A stretch of DNA of 64,000 bases from a virus: positions 96,001 to 160,000 of the IMG/VR virus record IMGVR_UViG_3300025015_000010; one strand, written 5' to 3'. Shown here piece after piece: positions 60,196 to 64,000 of this stretch. The translations under genes and the position numbers were made by a program. Numbering within the stretch: position 1 is the stretch's first letter; each line of letters starts with the position of its first letter. The notes below the pieces were generated by a model. It was not told the origin of the DNA. It searched no databases and saw nothing but the letters and a program-made list of their open reading frames with translations.

Positions 60196-60573
60196 TCAAT
60201 CATGACTATTCCCCTTTGCTACGTTACAATCAGCACACATAGTTTGATAGTTATCTAGGCTGTCATGCCCGCCTTTAGATTTAGGCACAATGTGATCTTT
60301 AGTCATCAGCATTTCAGTTCCGTCAGACTTGATCGCGTACAGATTTAAGTGCGGCGCGCTGTTACCTTGCAAATCAAGTTTGAATATTGAGCCAGTGATT
60401 CCGCACTGAGTACAGATTAGACTTTTAGCGAAAACAGCCAAGCGATCAGATGACAATGATACTCTAAAGCCATCAAGCTCTTTACGCACCTTATTCTTTG
60501 AATGCCTTTTTGGTGTTACATAAGGCAAGATTTCGCCTAAAGTGTGATCCTGGCCAACATGTTCAGCAGCCAT
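60196..60573 (-). CDS. HNH endonuclease
   Basis: C..CG, TKDHIVPKSKGG....N.Q..C..CN..K. Confidence 0.88.
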   Translation of the reverse strand: MAAEHVGQDHTLGEILPYVTPKRHSKNKVRKELDGFRVSLSSDRLAVFAKSLICTQCGITGSIFKLDLQGNSAPHLNLYAIKSDGTEMLMTKDHIVPKSKGGHDSLDNYQTMCADCNVAKGNSHD

Positions 60574-60574
60574 G

Positions 60575-61078
60575 TTACTTATTTTCGGAATTGAGGATTT
60601 TGGACATATTGCAGGCCAACTTTTCGGCATCATAAGTATCTTGTGGGTTAAACAATGCGATCTCAGTGCCAGATTTCTTATCGAATACTCCCCACGATCT
60701 TGACGTCTTCTCGGCAGCATAGTATCGCGCTGATGGGTCGCAAAAAGAGCCTGTGCGAAAATCAGGATTCTCTCGTTTAGTTGTATCCTTATAGCCTAGT
60801 TTATTCAGAAGAAGCACAATATCTGCCTTTTGTGGATTTGTTTCGTGAAGAACAGCCAGTTCGGCGAAAAGCTGGTGCATTTCTTTGAAGGCTATTAGTG
60901 CGTCTTCAAAGACGGCTAGCTGTAAAGTAGGCTTACCTTGTAGCAGTTTCCACTTAAGTGTAAACTCGTAATCGACGCCGACACCGTAATCTGGTGATTT
61001 GTATACAAGTATCACATCAACGTCTCGCTCTGTAGCAAACCACGACTCGTTCATGATGCTGTAACCAAAAGTATTCAT
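60575..61078 (-). CDS. hypothetical protein
   Basis: AGGAG RBS; TTGACA-16-TATAAT promoter at 61112-61139. Confidence 0.7.
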   Translation of the reverse strand: MNTFGYSIMNESWFATERDVDVILVYKSPDYGVGVDYEFTLKWKLLQGKPTLQLAVFEDALIAFKEMHQLFAELAVLHETNPQKADIVLLLNKLGYKDTTKRENPDFRTGSFCDPSARYYAAEKTSRSWGVFDKKSGTEIALFNPQDTYDAEKLACNMSKILNSENK

Positions 61079-61427
61079 CGGCTGTCTCCTTTTAAGCGGT
61101 TGACTGAGAATATTATATCATGTAATCTCCGGATGTCAAGAGTCTTTTACCTGTGTGGGTAAGCTTGAGTTGGTTTCATTTTAGGCGCCTGTGAAAATCG
61201 ATCCTGTATTATCGGTTCATCAGACGGTAGTAACATGTAAGCGTCTTTGTCTTTATATAATCGTTCCAGATTCTTTGTTAACCGAGCAAAATAATCAAAA
61301 CGTTCAGGAGAATCCCAGGTGCCATTTTTGAAATAGTACTCTTTTGTTGTCTGAATGTCTCTTTCTAGGTCTTCGATCAGTAGTTTTCGAAGTTCTTGTT
61401 GCATATAGTGTACAGCCTTCTTGTAGC

Positions 61428-62429
61428 TCATGCCCTCTCCAAATAAGCATTGCTCACGATTTTTAGCTTCAGTCTGCTATTCAACTCCGATTCGAATCGA
61501 TTCTCAATAGGCTGAATTACGACGCCCTCGCGTATGTGATCCGCGCCAACAATAAGAGATTTTCCGTTTGACAGCTTTTCAATATCTACTTCTGAGTATG
61601 GACCCTTGTAAACTACCTGAACCCACGGCATGCCGTGAATTATTCCAGCGGCATTCATAGCTAGTTCTGGAGAAACCCATGTCCCGTCTGGTGTTCGTAC
61701 ATCAAACCCTGCAAAACGTACCTCGCCCGGTTTACATCCGTATTTCAAATCTTGAACCTGCCCGTAAACTTCGCCGTACAGTACATGGCCTGGATTAGCT
61801 TCGCAAAAAGACTTAATAGCTGGTGTAACTTCCAAGGCGCGATGCCAGATTGTGTTGCCAGTTTCCATTTTCCACTCACCATGTGATCCCACGAACATAC
61901 GCAGTGTGCCAGTCTTATCAGAGGCATAAACATATCTTGCTGACGCACCATGGATCTTTTCGGTAGCCACGACAAGTTCGTCTGGCCTGAATAGGTGCTT
62001 ATAGCGATACCAGTTTTCAACATCGTACTTGGGCGCGATTACGCCCGATGGTCCAGGCCCAGTTTCGCCCCGGTGGAAGTTCACGGGTGGTTCGTAACGT
62101 TCGACGCCGAGAGCTTCTAGAGCATTTTGACCCTCAGCCATGCCTTCAGGTGACTTAACTAGCAGTCCTTGTGAGAATATGCCACGTAACTTTTTTACTT
62201 TAATTCGTTCCCGTGCTCTAGGCTTATCCTGGATTATGAGAAACTCAAATTCTGGCCTGTCTGTAGGCACTGTATAGTCAGGTGGAATGTATGCGGCCAA
62301 GTCTCCATCCTGCCAGTCGGCAGAACGGACACAAACTGTATAGCCAAATACTCGAACGATACTTAGAGTATCTGCGTTCGGGTGAGGCTCTTTACGTATT
62401 CGAATGACGGGTATTTCGTGAGTGCTCAC
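61428..62429 (-). CDS. RNA ligase, DRB0094 family
   Basis: N-terminal HPNAD.L...LRG.FSQGL OB module; TEKIHG, YGEVYG, FDV, REGVV, KLK motifs. Confidence 0.9.
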   Translation of the reverse strand: MSTHEIPVIRIRKEPHPNADTLSIVRVFGYTVCVRSADWQDGDLAAYIPPDYTVPTDRPEFEFLIIQDKPRARERIKVKKLRGIFSQGLLVKSPEGMAEGQNALEALGVERYEPPVNFHRGETGPGPSGVIAPKYDVENWYRYKHLFRPDELVVATEKIHGASARYVYASDKTGTLRMFVGSHGEWKMETGNTIWHRALEVTPAIKSFCEANPGHVLYGEVYGQVQDLKYGCKPGEVRFAGFDVRTPDGTWVSPELAMNAAGIIHGMPWVQVVYKGPYSEVDIEKLSNGKSLIVGADHIREGVVIQPIENRFESELNSRLKLKIVSNAYLERA

Positions 62430-62689
62430 GATTTGTTTCTCCTATTCATAGTGCCTGGAGCTAATAGTCAACTCTTTGTCCGAACCAGAAACCAGATAGA
62501 GGAAACGATCTCCATCCAATCACTAGTTCCCAACGGTATAGACCCGTATCTGGATTATGTAGTTTTCTGACACGCATAGCTGTTTCTCCCTTTAGATATG
62601 GGGGCCGTCCATTTGATGGCCCCCCTCCAACTGCCATAAGTCGTGATATTCGGTTCCGTAAATCCAGTGTATTCGAGTCAGGGGCCGTC

Positions 62690-62726
62690 ACTGAGAACAT
62701 TATAGCATGTTCAATTGGTAAGTCAA
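62690..62726 (-). promoter_or_regulatory. sigma70-type promoter module, near-duplicate of 63654-63690
   Basis: TTGACT-16-TATAAT with shared ATTGAACATGCTATAATGTTCTCAGT. Confidence 0.75.
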
Positions 62727-62881
62727 CGGCTAATATCAACCATGCACGCTCTTACAGCGGATTCCCATCGTGTCTTGCCAATTGCCCAGTACCCTACCCA
62801 GAGAAGGCATCCAAGTAAAACATAAGCTTTAATCTTTTTCCAAGTAGTTTTCATGTCCGTCTCCTTATGGTTGCCTGAGTG

Positions 62882-63631
62882 TCAATACAATTTCCAGTCT
62901 CCAATACTGAATTCAATAAATTCTCCACTAGGACTACAGCTATACTTACCTACTGGAGTGTGCCCCAATAGAATCGTCACCGTTCTGATGTCATCGTCAG
63001 AGCAGCTATCGGATAGTCTCAACTTAGCTAGGCCAGAATGCTGGGTTTTTCCATCTGAATATGCATAGAGCCTGTCAATGATGTCTTCGAGTAGCGGCGA
63101 TTTATTTACTCCTAGGTCAGTTCTCAGTGCTTGAAGCAGCATTTCTACACCCACGATTTCACTAACTTCGAACGCTTCCTCGGCATCGAGAGTTTCGTGG
63201 TGGAAAATGGACCAAAAAATATAGTTTTCTTCGGTTGGCTCACAGACTGGCATATTCCTTTCCCGAAGCAGCTTCAACAAGCAGTTTTTTCCGTGCTTAG
63301 CATTTTCATTACAGCAACACGGGCAAGTTTCGTGTCTGCCTTCCATCTCTATGACGCTGAGAAGTTTTCTATTCCACTTACGGTAGTCAGCATCGGAAAG
63401 ACGTTGACTGAACAGTTCCGATTTTACAGTATTAACTCTGGCTACCCAATCTGCCCAAGGCATTCTGACGTCATTAATAGATATGTCCTTGAGATCTTGG
63501 GCGTAATTGTGATTACAGGCATCGATGGGCCAGCCTCGTACTGTGCCGTCGATGTTGATGCGTTCGACCTTGAAGTGGCCACGCACGTTTTCAGATAAAA
63601 CAAAGTAATCTTTACCGAGGTCAACTTCCAT
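62882..63631 (-). CDS. hypothetical protein
   Basis: AGGAG RBS before MEVDLG; promoter at 63663-63690. Confidence 0.65.
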   Translation of the reverse strand: MEVDLGKDYFVLSENVRGHFKVERINIDGTVRGWPIDACNHNYAQDLKDISINDVRMPWADWVARVNTVKSELFSQRLSDADYRKWNRKLLSVIEMEGRHETCPCCCNENAKHGKNCLLKLLRERNMPVCEPTEENYIFWSIFHHETLDAEEAFEVSEIVGVEMLLQALRTDLGVNKSPLLEDIIDRLYAYSDGKTQHSGLAKLRLSDSCSDDDIRTVTILLGHTPVGKYSCSPSGEFIEFSIGDWKLY

Positions 63632-64000
63632 GTGGATCTCCTTTAGTTGGTTGACTGAGAACATTATAGCATGTTCAATAGCCAAGTCAAGAGGTTAGTT
63701 AGAAAAACCAGGCATCTGTATCTGATAGGGCAGCGACACCAAAGATCGTCCCCAGCACGAAAAATATCACTAGAGTGATAGGTGCGAGTAGCCCTGCAAC
63801 AATAGGTATGACTACTTGATGCCAGCGCTCTATGCCTATGTACACATGAGCACTTATTAGGCTTGCACTCGTTATTAGTAGGGCAATTACAATATAAGCC
63901 GTTAACATGTTATCCTCAAAAGTAGGATCGAAGAGAGACTTATGAAATTATATCTAGTAATTCTATGGCAAGTATAACTGATTGTGCGCGTTGATCTCCC

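Noticed and set aside
1-64000. CRISPR array, tRNA, rRNA or tmRNA genes
   Set aside because: No regularly spaced direct repeats and no cloverleaf or T-loop consensus recognised by eye; a tRNAscan/Aragorn run would be needed to be certain
1-64000. Stop-codon reassignment as in some large phages
   Set aside because: Conserved enzymes are full length in code 11, and TAA, TAG and TGA all end genes

Overview
This 64 kb window looks like an accessory region of a large (jumbo-type) phage genome in the standard genetic code. It is densely packed with small ORFs in alternating-strand blocks and has many near-consensus sigma70 promoters. Recognisable genes cover RNA repair (Rnl1-like and DRB0094-like RNA ligases, an Rnl2-like pseudogene, CCA-adding enzyme), cofactor and nucleotide metabolism (CoaD, two HxGH nucleotidyltransferases, macro, Nudix, SLOG, HD, HAD), peptide deformylase, DinG, two DNA methyltransferases, an HNH nuclease, two GH73 glucosaminidases, and stand-alone ART/GNAT/protease-like domains. 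I saw no virion, replication, tRNA or CRISPR features. Four things stand out. (1) Two nested cargo-carrying IS1595 transposons: 1748-11491 contains 6399-10554, each has TIRs and target duplications, and removing them restores the two interrupted genes in frame. (2) A 132-bp MITE of the same end family at 59174-59305, whose empty-site paralog lies at 33064-33104. (3) A fixed-spacing promoter-like motif unlike the TTGAC class, GGA(C/T)-N14-AGTG(C/G)TAGA(C/A)T, present in both the backbone and the transposons, including upstream of both transposase units. (4) Several highly base-paired intergenic regions, most of them downstream of a promoter, that are candidate novel ncRNAs (16503-17240, 18010-18242, 38515-38946, 45536-45683, 59342-59451). 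All functional calls come from motif recognition by eye; no searches were run.
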